The position numbers were made by a program, and so were the translations under genes. A stretch of 64,000 bases of DNA, from contig OZ244650.1 in the NCBI GenBank assembly GCA_965218785.1, positions 1,152,001 to 1,216,000 on the forward strand, written 5' to 3'. This DNA comes from Nitrosopumilus sp. (GTDB lineage Archaea > Thermoproteota > Nitrososphaeria > Nitrososphaerales > Nitrosopumilaceae). The notes beneath the pieces were generated by a model that did not search any database, had not been told where the DNA came from, and saw nothing but the letters and a program-made list of their open reading frames with translations. Positions 32,053 through 41,445 of this stretch are shown piece by piece (the first letter of the stretch is position 1; every line of letters starts with the position of its first letter).

Positions 32053-32871
32053 TCATGTACGTGGAGATTTCATGCCCCTTGTTGAAGTACAGTCGTACGC
32101 ATGCTTCAAGCATTGCAGTATCAGATCAAAATTTGCTTCAATGATATCAATACTTCTTTCTTGACCCTCTTGGAAAAACCACCTAACACTACGAATTCTG
32201 TCATCCTTAATGTCAAAAGAATCAGGACAAATTCTGAAACGAATCTCAGAACTTTTTTTATGGCATATTATACCTGAAAATTGTTGATTATTATGCATGC
32301 AAAAATGATAATACCATGATTTGACAGCTAGAGGATAGGAATCAGAGCCAAATTTTGAATCTATTGCAGATATTAATTTTTCAATATTTTTCCTGTTCTG
32401 TATAGTCGTCCAGCCTAACTTGTACTTCCAATCGCTAGACACATTTCCACGTTCTTGTTTATTAGAATTTTTACTGCCAGTAGAAATAGATGATTTTGAG
32501 GGTTTTTTGGAATCAAATGTGTATTGTTTTCCAAAGTCATCATACTCCTTATGACAATCCCGGCACAAAAACATGAAAACGTCTTTGATGGGCATATGCA
32601 ATTCCTTTATCTCGTTGAATAGTTTGTCAACATCTTCAACGACATATACGTCACCGTTCTTTGAGTATTTTTCAAGTGCCTTCCACATCAGAGTCTTTCG
32701 ATCCATACCATGCTTGTGTGCTGCATCAAGAGAAGAGAAGGTTTTACCACATCTTTGACATCTATTACCTAGGGTATTCTTCTCAGATTTGGTCATAATT
32801 GCAACAATATTTCTGACTTTTGGACCAAAAAGGGCATTGAATTCATCACATGTCCCTTCAAAACGAACCAT
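32053..32871 (-). CDS. HNH-like nuclease with a C-terminal (DUF5655-like) domain
   Basis: CQRC...LDAAH...LCRDCHKEYD; Ser/Lys linker; C-terminal alpha/beta domain ending LKHAYD. Confidence 0.6.
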   Translation of the reverse strand: MVRFEGTCDEFNALFGPKVRNIVAIMTKSEKNTLGNRCQRCGKTFSSLDAAHKHGMDRKTLMWKALEKYSKNGDVYVVEDVDKLFNEIKELHMPIKDVFMFLCRDCHKEYDDFGKQYTFDSKKPSKSSISTGSKNSNKQERGNVSSDWKYKLGWTTIQNRKNIEKLISAIDSKFGSDSYPLAVKSWYYHFCMHNNQQFSGIICHKKSSEIRFRICPDSFDIKDDRIRSVRWFFQEGQERSIDIIEANFDLILQCLKHAYDCTSTRGMKSPRT

Positions 32872-33896
32872 AACTAACGTTAAAGGCGCAGTATAAAAAG
32901 ATCAACCATAGAACTTGCCAAAAACTTTTTTCCTGAAAACTCTTTTCTTCTGGAAAACTTTTTCAAAACTTTACAAAAACTTTTTTCTTCTGGAAAACCT
33001 TTCTCCAAAAGATCTCCAAACAAAATACTCATCCACGCCTGAAAGCTAAACCCCCTACACAAAACCACACTCACAGTCACAACACCATATTTTCAAAAAC
33101 CACCAATTACCGGGGGGGTTTAACACCCGTGCCTGCCCACAAAAGCCAACCCCCAAAACACCCCGCTAGCTCAGATAAACATGTATGATCTTTTATTGTT
33201 GTGCGTAAAAGCTAAACCCCATAATTTTTGTAAAAAAATAAAGAATTGATAGTCAAGCTACGGATTGTAATGCATGAAACTCCTGCAAGACAGGATTGAC
33301 AGATGACATACACCAACAATTGTTACAGTATACATGCCGGCATCAATGTAAGTAATCACAACTGATTTTTTTTGGTTGTAATTAATAGTCAGCAGGTATC
33401 AACTACACAAATCACCACCATTACCTGGCATAGATTGCCCGTACTACGGCATCCTGGCCATCATTAAATGACAGACAGCAGTTGCAACATAGTAATGCCT
33501 ACTCGAATAGACCAGCCAATGCAAACCCGCATCATAACTTAATCCAACGTCTGGCAACAAGTAAAGCCGCCTGAACCCATAAAACACCTTGGAAACTATA
33601 AAACCGGATTTATCATCAATTCAACTCAATATCCAATAGGCACCCAAGAAAATTTTGCCATAATCACCGAAAAGCACCACAACGGCCAGAAGATCATAAA
33701 ATCATGAAAATACAGTTATGGATCACTACCATGGGTCATAATCCAACATGCCGTGTAAATATGCATAAAATCTGCGAAAATTTTACTAAAAACTGCATAT
33801 CACCACATCCCCCCCACACACCCACCTCTGCCATTTTTGCACTGATCTGACTGCCCGTACCGTTTCAACTATATACTAAAAAATCAGGGAAAAAGC

Positions 33897-34382
33897 ATGG
33901 TACGACTCGTGATGGTGATCCTTTTTGGCGCAGTAATAGGATCCATGGCAATAGCGTTATTTGCATACACGCAATACCAAACAAACTACATTACATCAGT
34001 TGCAGGCCAGACTGTAACAGTCGGACCAGTAGAATACGTGATCACCTTTGATGGAACCCATGCCGGAAGCGAGTCAGTTACCCCGGAAAACGTCTTTGTA
34101 AAGATCGGAATTACCGCAAAAAACGTATCCAGCGAAGAAACCCTGATGACTGGAGGGCAGTTTTACTTTGTCGATGAAAACGATAAAAAACACAGGGCCG
34201 TTTACGGTGAATTTTCTGCAAAAGACCTGTATGAGGAATCCTTACAGCCAGATGAACCAATTGAGAGGACGACACAGTTTGATGTTCCATTTGATAAAGA
34301 ACAACAGTACGAAATAATCATAAGACCGCAAAAAATGCAATCAACACTCGATACTGCGGTTATTTGTATAACAAATTGCTGA
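33897..34382 (+). CDS. DUF4352-domain membrane-anchored protein
   Basis: N-terminal TM; FVKIGITAKN...LQPDE...FDVP. Confidence 0.75.
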   Translation: MVRLVMVILFGAVIGSMAIALFAYTQYQTNYITSVAGQTVTVGPVEYVITFDGTHAGSESVTPENVFVKIGITAKNVSSEETLMTGGQFYFVDENDKKHRAVYGEFSAKDLYEESLQPDEPIERTTQFDVPFDKEQQYEIIIRPQKMQSTLDTAVICITNC

Positions 34383-34483
34383 TCGCAAATTTACAAAATA
34401 AAAAAAAGTGTCAAATTTTACTATAAGTTGGGCAATTAAGTATGACCTTTGCTATATAACATCTATAACTTTTGGAAAAAGTC

Positions 34484-34879
34484 ATGGCAATATCTAAAGC
34501 CAAAAGAGCAGAAGCTGCAAAGAAAGGCGCAAGAACTCGCAAGAGGAATGCTGCCCGAAAAGCAGCTGATGCGGCAAAAGCATCGGGAACTCGTAAGAGA
34601 CGTGCAGCGGCAAAAAGAGCAGCCCCATCTCGAAAGAGAGCAGGCAGCACACGCCGTGCAGCTCCCAAGAGAAAGTCTGCAGCAAAGCGCAAGGCGGCAC
34701 CAAGAAGAAAGTCCGCAGCAAAGCGTAAAGCAGCACCAAGACGCAAGGCGGCACCAAGACGCCGTGCAGCTCCCAAGAGAAAGTCTGCAGCAAAGCGCAA
34801 GGCGGCACCAAAAAGAAAGGCGGCGCCAAGACGCAAAGCAGCACCAAAAAGAAAGGCAGCTAAACGAAGAAAACGTTAA
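34484..34879 (+). CDS. Histone H1/Hc2-like Lys/Arg/Ala-rich basic protein
   Basis: Repeated AAPKRK/SAAKRK units; ATG at 34484; T-rich terminator after the stop. Confidence 0.75.
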   Translation: MAISKAKRAEAAKKGARTRKRNAARKAADAAKASGTRKRRAAAKRAAPSRKRAGSTRRAAPKRKSAAKRKAAPRRKSAAKRKAAPRRKAAPRRRAAPKRKSAAKRKAAPKRKAAPRRKAAPKRKAAKRRKR

Positions 34880-34908
34880 GCTGTCTTTATTTTTTTATTT
34901 ATTAATCA

Positions 34909-34930
34909 TTTCTAAACTCGAGTTTAGAAA
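34909..34930. repeat. Perfect 22-bp palindrome between convergent genes
   Basis: TTTCTAAACTCGAGTTTAGAAA; same motif as inside the 30.8-32.0 kb repeats. Confidence 0.85.
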
Positions 34931-34939
34931 CATTGAAAC

Positions 34940-35356
34940 CTACTCGCTGGTTTTTAATTCAGGCATGACAAAAACCCTGTCTGGTTTGATTTTTAGAATC
35001 ACCCGCCTCTCATCATCGCGTCTAAACGGATAATGCAGGCGATTCAGGTATTTTTGTGTGAGTTTGTCTGCATGTTTGTAATCGTAATCAGGGATCAGCT
35101 CCTCAACTGTTCCGCGAATTGTCGCCATATCAAGCGGATCGTCTTTTGATACTACAGATACTGCAACGCGCGGATCGCGTAGGACGTTTTTGTGTTTTAT
35201 CCGTCCCTCGGCCGTGTTTACCATCACGTACCCGTCATCGTAGTTTGCCCAGACTGGGGAGACCTGTGGGGAGCCATCCCTCATCACCGTGGCAATAAAA
35301 ACAAGGTTTCGATCAGAAAACAGCCGTATTGCCTTTTCATCCATCATCGTTATCAT
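34940..35356 (-). CDS. PPOX-class F420-dependent oxidoreductase
   Basis: ATVMRDGSPQVSPVW...KNVLRDPRVAVSV. Confidence 0.9.
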   Translation of the reverse strand: MITMMDEKAIRLFSDRNLVFIATVMRDGSPQVSPVWANYDDGYVMVNTAEGRIKHKNVLRDPRVAVSVVSKDDPLDMATIRGTVEELIPDYDYKHADKLTQKYLNRLHYPFRRDDERRVILKIKPDRVFVMPELKTSE

Positions 35357-35862
35357 CAGCTGCTGCCAGACTTTTCAAGAACATTAGTCATTGCCCGGTT
35401 CATAATCTCCATTACGAGATACTGGGAATAATCCTCAGATCTTTTGTTGTTCTTGGATTTGCCAGTCTTGGGTGTCAGATTTTTGAGGATCTTTTCAATC
35501 TTGACTGACGTATTGTCGATCACCTTTGAGTATTTTGAATCAAAATCCTCCGGAGTCTGAAAACCCAGCAGTTTGGTGGACGTGCCATAAAATTTTGTTA
35601 TCGCGCCACGGGATTCCTCGATTTTGACGATTTCAATCAGTCCGGAGACCTTTAGAATTTCCAGGTGGTGGCGGATTGTTGTGAGGGCCTTTGTGTGCCC
35701 TGCCTTTTTTAGAGCCTCGGAGATCTGCTCGGCAGAAAGCGCCTGGTGGTATAAAATTTCCACGGTCTTGGCCCTTATGGGATCTTCAATTGCACGCGCA
35801 TGATCCAGACTGGTAGTAACGATGCGGTTTACCTTGATTGGTTTTTCTAGTAATGTTGACAT
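35356..35862 (-). CDS. ArsR-family winged-helix transcriptional regulator
   Basis: EDPIRAKTVEIL...TTIRHHLEILK..GLI. Confidence 0.85.
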   Translation of the reverse strand: MSTLLEKPIKVNRIVTTSLDHARAIEDPIRAKTVEILYHQALSAEQISEALKKAGHTKALTTIRHHLEILKVSGLIEIVKIEESRGAITKFYGTSTKLLGFQTPEDFDSKYSKVIDNTSVKIEKILKNLTPKTGKSKNNKRSEDYSQYLVMEIMNRAMTNVLEKSGSS

Positions 35863-35950
35863 GTAAGATTAGGTTAATCTTTGATCTAAAAGATCCTTGT
35901 ATCATATTTTTTTGTCTAATAGCATTAATTTTTTTTTGCTACTAGAGAAC

Positions 35951-36061
35951 TCATAGTGCTATAAAATGATTAGAACCAATACGGGAAAAGTCATAGTACT
36001 AAAATAATTAAACCAATATAGGAAATATCATAGCAGATCAATTAAAGTCATAGCACTATGA
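35951..36061. promoter_or_regulatory. Repeated TCATAG-N2-CTATGA-type operator-like sites
   Basis: TCATAG at 35951, 35991, 36028 and 36048; TCATAGCACTATGA at 36048-36061. Confidence 0.45.
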
Positions 36062-36249
36062 TAATATTGGGAATGGTATGATTAAATTAACTGGCTTGTA
36101 GTAATTGTTGTAGCGGTCTTGAAAATATCAAAAAACGGCAAACGACAGATGATATCTCCCAAAATGCCGTACTGATGCGCACTTGGGGGATGATTCGGGG
36201 ATGCGATTCGAGTTAAAACTCGGTTAGGGCAGACGTCAGGTACGGATTG

Positions 36250-37077
36250 TTATAATTTATGCCCGGTCAGTCTTTCATATGCTGCAATGTAGCGTTGTGT
36301 CATCTTTTCAACGATGTGACCGGGGATCATCGGAGGTACGGGCCGGTTTCCCGCACTGCGCGCATCATCGAACTGTTTTTGATAGCCGTTTGCAGCAAGC
36401 CAGTCACGCAAAATCTGTTTGTCGTAGGCATCCTGGATGCATCCAACCTCAAAAGAGTCCTTTGGCCATAAACGGTATTCGTCAGGACCAATCGAATCCC
36501 CCAAGGTGATTTGATCATTTAAAATTCCAAACTCTAGTTTCAAGTCTGCCAAGATAAAGCCGGCAGAGTCGGCAGTCTTTGTCATCCTGTTGTAGATTCC
36601 AATGGATGTCTTCTCCAGCCAGGAATACTGATCCGCAGTAACCAGATTCATCCCAAGTGCCCGTGTCTTGTTGATTGGGATGTCGTGCTCTGATTTTGTC
36701 GTGGGATCAAAAATCGGTTCGGGGAGTTTTGCGGCCAGTTTTGTTATGGTTTCATCGGGTAGTTGAATCCCGCCGTTTTTCCACCTCTCTGCCAGACTCC
36801 CATAAAAGTAGCCCCGGACCACACATTCGATTGGAAGCATCCGCATCTTTTTTACGATGATTTCAGTATCTGACTTGCGTTTAAGAAAGTGGTTTGGAGT
36901 AGGCGATAGTTCGTTGAACCAAAACTCTGCAAACTTGCACAAGACCCTGCCTTTATCTGGAATCTCCTGTTTGAACTTTACATCATATGCAGATACCCGG
37001 TTTGAGAATTTGAAGAGAAGCGTATTCTCATCTATATCGTAAATGTCCTTTACCTTTCCACTTGTAAGAAACTTCAA
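36250..37077 (-). CDS. purC: SAICAR synthetase
   Basis: [43 protein letters not shown]. Confidence 0.95.
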   Translation of the reverse strand: MKFLTSGKVKDIYDIDENTLLFKFSNRVSAYDVKFKQEIPDKGRVLCKFAEFWFNELSPTPNHFLKRKSDTEIIVKKMRMLPIECVVRGYFYGSLAERWKNGGIQLPDETITKLAAKLPEPIFDPTTKSEHDIPINKTRALGMNLVTADQYSWLEKTSIGIYNRMTKTADSAGFILADLKLEFGILNDQITLGDSIGPDEYRLWPKDSFEVGCIQDAYDKQILRDWLAANGYQKQFDDARSAGNRPVPPMIPGHIVEKMTQRYIAAYERLTGHKL

Positions 37078-37555
37078 ACAGTCAGGGCTTGTTTTTGTTA
37101 TAATTTAACTGCTAAGAATCGATGATTTCAGGCATACAGCAGTAAAACAGACTAGACTTTGATGCCATTATTCAAGAAGAACAGCTGTTTTTGCAGTCTT
37201 TTGGAGTAATGTGATCCATCAGACAGATCGGGCTCGTACTCCGGTAAAAATGGCAGTCAGGTGCAGCCTAGGGCAACGCAGAATATCAAAACGGCTCAGA
37301 ATTGCCGGTCATGACAAATCAGGAAAAGTCACACATGTATTATTCCAGTAATCAGCACCAGATGGATTTGACTGCCAACTAGAGATACCACAAGTTGTGT
37401 GAAACCAAAAAGACGACACAAATAATTAATGTGACTGGCAAAAAATACGACCGGCAGGAAAATGACCTGAATAGTCGGTTGTATTACCTGCAGTGGTCTT
37501 AAACAAACAGATCAAGTCACAAAGGCATCCATTCAAGATACCCGTAATAAAATCA

Positions 37556-37855
37556 TCACGCGTCATCCTGCCTTACCACGACACCGTTCCAAAATGCCAC
37601 CATCCCCTTGATCTTCATGGCAGCATCATTTGGCTGGGCGTAATACCACGCACAGTCCCTGTTGGTTTTTCCATTGACTGTAACTGAATAATAATTTGCC
37701 ATGCCCTTCCAGCCGCAAAGCGATGTCATCTCAGTCTTTAGAAAATATTCTGCTTTTATAGAATCAGCTGGAAAATAATGATTTCCCTCAACTAGTACGG
37801 TCTTGTCACTCTGAGCTATTACCACGTCATTCCAGACTGCCTGCATGCTATTCAC
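37556..37855 (-). CDS. DUF427-domain protein
   Basis: VEGNHYFP...CGWKGMANYY...AWYY. Confidence 0.9.
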   Translation of the reverse strand: MNSMQAVWNDVVIAQSDKTVLVEGNHYFPADSIKAEYFLKTEMTSLCGWKGMANYYSVTVNGKTNRDCAWYYAQPNDAAMKIKGMVAFWNGVVVRQDDA

Positions 37856-39281
37856 CCTTCATCTCCTTTCTGCTTTTAAATTCCGGGGAGATTCCAAGGG
37901 ATTCATAATTGCCTGACGAGCATGTAAAACACATCGAATCAAAGGGAATCCCGACTGCCGCTGCAAGATTTTCAGCGTCGTTATACCCCAAAAAGTCCGC
38001 GCCGATGTCATGCCGTACCATCTCTGTAATCTCCTTCTCTGTCATCTCTTTTCCGTTTGAAAAAGTCGCAAGCTCCTCCTGTGATGGAAAATCAATGCCG
38101 GCATAACAAGGAAACCGGATTGGCGGGTATGTAATTAGCATGCTGATCTTCTTGGCACCGGCCCGGCGCAGCGCCTTGTTTATCGCCTTTGAACTGGTAC
38201 CACGAACCAGGCTGTCATCAATTACAACTATGTGTTTTCCCTCAATTATCTCCCGAATTGGCATTATCCACCGATTGATCTCTATTCTGTCAGTCTGGTG
38301 TGGTTCGATAAAACTTCGCAGCGGTCCTTTTTTGCTGTATCTGTCCTTGAGTAATCCCTCATCAAATGATACGCCAAGTTCCTGTGCATATCCAAGTGCG
38401 GCAGGTCTTGCAGAATCAGGTACGGGTATCACCAAATCCGCATCAGAGATAGGGAATTTCCTTGCCAGAAACCTGCCAATATTTTTTCTTGCGACGTATA
38501 TGTTGGTGCCCTCCATGTTGCTTGACGGATGTGCAAAATAGGTAAACTCGAAAGAACAGTGCGCTCGCGTGACATCATCAGAAAATCGCTCAGTCTCCAG
38601 TCCGTCCTGGCTCAACCGGATCAGCTCGCCTGGATTCACGTTTCGCTCCAGTGTTGCACCCACCGCAGAGAGTGCCGAGGATTCAGATGCAACGATGAAT
38701 GTGTCATCTGCCTTTTTGTGTCCCAGGACCATCGGACGAAACCCCTTGGGATCACGCGCGGCGTAAACTGAACTGTCATCAGAGAGGAATGTAAAGCAGT
38801 AGGACCCGACCATCTCGTTTTTCAGAACAGAGAGCGCCTTTCCCATCTGCCCCTGTTCTGAGATCAGTGATACGAGCCTCTGTGCTGCAACAAGCGTGTC
38901 ACTTGCGTTTTGAGGCGTAAATGTACAGCCACCAACAAGATTTGATAGCTCCTCGACGTTTGTAATCGTCCCGTTGTGTGCGATACACAGGTCCTTTACC
39001 CTGAGCGGCTGCGCGTTCTCTAGGGAGCTTTTTCCCATTGTTGAATAACGCACGTGTCCGATTACGGCAGGAGACGCATAGTCAGATGCAATCGTTTTAA
39101 ATTCGGATGATGCCGCAGATACCAGCCCCAATTTTTTAAACGGGGTTTTGTTTGGGACTGCCAGCCCCCAGGCCTCCTGTCCCCTGTGCTGCAGTGCACG
39201 CAGCGCGTCAATTGCCATTGGGATCACGTTGATGCCGCTCTTGCTGTATATGCCAACCACGCCGCAGTTTTCCTTAACCAT
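37848..39281 (-). CDS. purF: Amidophosphoribosyltransferase
   Basis: ENCGVVG, LQHRGQE, GHVRYST, VIDDSLVRGT. Confidence 0.97.
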   Translation of the reverse strand: MVKENCGVVGIYSKSGINVIPMAIDALRALQHRGQEAWGLAVPNKTPFKKLGLVSAASSEFKTIASDYASPAVIGHVRYSTMGKSSLENAQPLRVKDLCIAHNGTITNVEELSNLVGGCTFTPQNASDTLVAAQRLVSLISEQGQMGKALSVLKNEMVGSYCFTFLSDDSSVYAARDPKGFRPMVLGHKKADDTFIVASESSALSAVGATLERNVNPGELIRLSQDGLETERFSDDVTRAHCSFEFTYFAHPSSNMEGTNIYVARKNIGRFLARKFPISDADLVIPVPDSARPAALGYAQELGVSFDEGLLKDRYSKKGPLRSFIEPHQTDRIEINRWIMPIREIIEGKHIVVIDDSLVRGTSSKAINKALRRAGAKKISMLITYPPIRFPCYAGIDFPSQEELATFSNGKEMTEKEITEMVRHDIGADFLGYNDAENLAAAVGIPFDSMCFTCSSGNYESLGISPEFKSRKEMKGE

Positions 39282-41445
39282 AATGTACCAGTCTCCTCAA
39301 CGAGTTTAACCAGGTTTTCTGCGTCTTATCAACGCTTAGATTAATCAGCTGTTTTTCTCCCCTGCTAAACCGGATCCGCTCTCCGGTAAACACGCCGATT
39401 TGACTAAATGACACGCCCCTTTCTTTAAGCAGCGTCTCCAATTTTTTGAGATTCTCAGGGGATGCCACCAGCAGGTAACGGGAATGACTCTCAGAGAAGA
39501 GAAGCCTGTCATCTGCGAGTTCTTCTCCGGGGACTGTATCCAGGGATATCATACAGCCGATTTTATTAGTCATGCAAAGTTCTGATACTGCCACTGCCAG
39601 TCCGCCTTTTGAGCAGTCGTGTGCGGATTTTAGCAGCAGTTTTTTTACAGAGTCTAGCACCGCGTTTATGTTCTTTTTGGATTTGGCAAAATCCACGACG
39701 GGGCACGTCCCCCCCACGAATTTATGAATATATTCAAAGTACTCTGATCCGCCCATCTCGTTTCTAGTCTCACCGACAATCACCAGACAGTCGTCTGCAA
39801 TAATTTTTTGAGGTACAAGCGGTTTTTCATCTATTAGTCCCAGAACGCCAATTAACGGGGTGGGTTTTATCGGGCCAGCCGCTGTCTCGTTATACATGCT
39901 GACCTTTCCACCAATACAGGGTATCTCCATATATGTTGCAAAGTCTGCCAGACCTTTCAGTGATTCTAGAAACGTCCAAAAGATTTCAGGATCCCTTGGA
40001 TTCCCAAACTGGAGGTGATCAAGCATGCCGACGGGCCTTGCCCCGGTGCACACCACGTTTCTGCATGCCTCCTCAAAGCACCCGATTGCGCCCTCCCGCG
40101 GGTTGAGATAGCACTGTTTTGGATTGCCATCAACTGTTACAGAAAGAAATTTCCCGTTATCTAGCCTCAGCACGGATGCATCATGCCCCGGTTTTACGAC
40201 TGTTCTGATTCCCACCTCGTGGTCATACTGGCCGTACACCCATATCCTGCTTGCAATATTCGGGGAGGCAAGCAGCATCGTCATGGTTTTAGAGTAATCA
40301 TCGGGGTTCTCACATTTGAGTTTCTCTTCGAGTTGTATCTCATCCAGATAACCGGGTCTTTTGGATGGCAGGTCAAGGAGTGTGGCATTTGCCACAACAT
40401 CTGCAGGAAGGCGCGCAAATGTCTGCTCGCCCTTTTTTATATGCACGTTATTATCAGATGTCACCACACCGATAACGGGACACGCAATGCGGAATTTCTC
40501 GCAGATCTCTTGTAGTTGTTTTAGCTTTGTGTCATCTGTGATTATCAGCATTCTTTCCTGTGATTCAGACACCATGATCTCATCTGGACGCATGTCGGAC
40601 TCGCGCGTATGCACCAGGTCAACGTCTATCTGCATTCCGATTTTTAATGCATCTGCAGTCTCTGAAACCGCGCATGAGAGACCTCCGCCGCCAAGATCCT
40701 TTATGGCATGGACAAGCCCGCAGCGTCTGGCCTCGATTACTGCCTCGATGATCAGCTTTTCAATAAACGGGTCTGGTATCTGCACTGCCGAGCGGTTCTC
40801 AGATTCCAGGGAATCAGATGCAAACTGGGATCCGCCTATGCCGTCCCTGCCGGTGGGGCCCCCCAGCAGGACCACCAGATCCCCCTCTGCTGCATGGTTT
40901 TTTATCAGGTTTGCCTTTTTTCCAAACCCGACTGCCGCAACGTCAACTAGCGCGTAGTTCGTATAACAGTCGTCGAATTCAACCTCGCCGCCAACTGTTG
41001 GAATGCCCAGGCAGTTTCCATAGTCGGCAATGCCGGTGACGGCGTTTTTGAAGAGCCATCTTGCATGCGGATCCTTTTTGATGTCACCAAAGCGCAGCCC
41101 GTTGAGAATCGCAATCGGCCGTGTCCCGGCAGACAGTATATCCCGGATGACTCCGCCAACACCGGTGGCGGCACCGCCGTACGGTTCGACTGCCGACGGA
41201 TGGTTGTGGCTTTCAATGTGTGCCGTAACAACATAGCCGTCACCGACATCCAGAACTCCCGAATCGTACCCCTTTTCATAAATGACAAGCGGTCCGGTCA
41301 TTGGAAGTATCTTGAGGTGTTTTTTTGATGACTTGTACGAACAGTGCTCAGACCACTCTGCTGCCACTATCTGCAGTTCAGTTGCAGTCGGCATCCTGCC
41401 GATCTTTGATTTTAACTCGGAGAGCTCTCCGGATTCCAGACTCAG
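39274..41445 (-). CDS. purL: Phosphoribosylformylglycinamidine synthase subunit PurL
   Basis: WSEHCSYKSS, ESHNHPS, DLGGGG, HDCSKGGL; frame is open upstream of ATG 41394 to a CTG at 41445. Confidence 0.95.
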   Translation of the reverse strand: MSLESGELSELKSKIGRMPTATELQIVAAEWSEHCSYKSSKKHLKILPMTGPLVIYEKGYDSGVLDVGDGYVVTAHIESHNHPSAVEPYGGAATGVGGVIRDILSAGTRPIAILNGLRFGDIKKDPHARWLFKNAVTGIADYGNCLGIPTVGGEVEFDDCYTNYALVDVAAVGFGKKANLIKNHAAEGDLVVLLGGPTGRDGIGGSQFASDSLESENRSAVQIPDPFIEKLIIEAVIEARRCGLVHAIKDLGGGGLSCAVSETADALKIGMQIDVDLVHTRESDMRPDEIMVSESQERMLIITDDTKLKQLQEICEKFRIACPVIGVVTSDNNVHIKKGEQTFARLPADVVANATLLDLPSKRPGYLDEIQLEEKLKCENPDDYSKTMTMLLASPNIASRIWVYGQYDHEVGIRTVVKPGHDASVLRLDNGKFLSVTVDGNPKQCYLNPREGAIGCFEEACRNVVCTGARPVGMLDHLQFGNPRDPEIFWTFLESLKGLADFATYMEIPCIGGKVSMYNETAAGPIKPTPLIGVLGLIDEKPLVPQKIIADDCLVIVGETRNEMGGSEYFEYIHKFVGGTCPVVDFAKSKKNINAVLDSVKKLLLKSAHDCSKGGLAVAVSELCMTNKIGCMISLDTVPGEELADDRLLFSESHSRYLLVASPENLKKLETLLKERGVSFSQIGVFTGERIRFSRGEKQLINLSVDKTQKTWLNSLRRLVHYG

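Noticed and set aside
1-33000. Provirus or integrative element
   Set aside because: No capsid, terminase, integrase, tRNA or att pair visible; DUF5131 alone is not diagnostic
32880-33080. 66-aa ORF
   Set aside because: Translation of the low-complexity AAAACTTTT tract
33290-33370. PKD-like remnant ITYIDAGMYTVTIVG on the minus strand
   Set aside because: Too short and broken to support a surface-protein pseudogene call
34411-35033. Alternative-frame and antisense ORFs over the histone-like gene
   Set aside because: By-products of the stop-poor repetitive sequence
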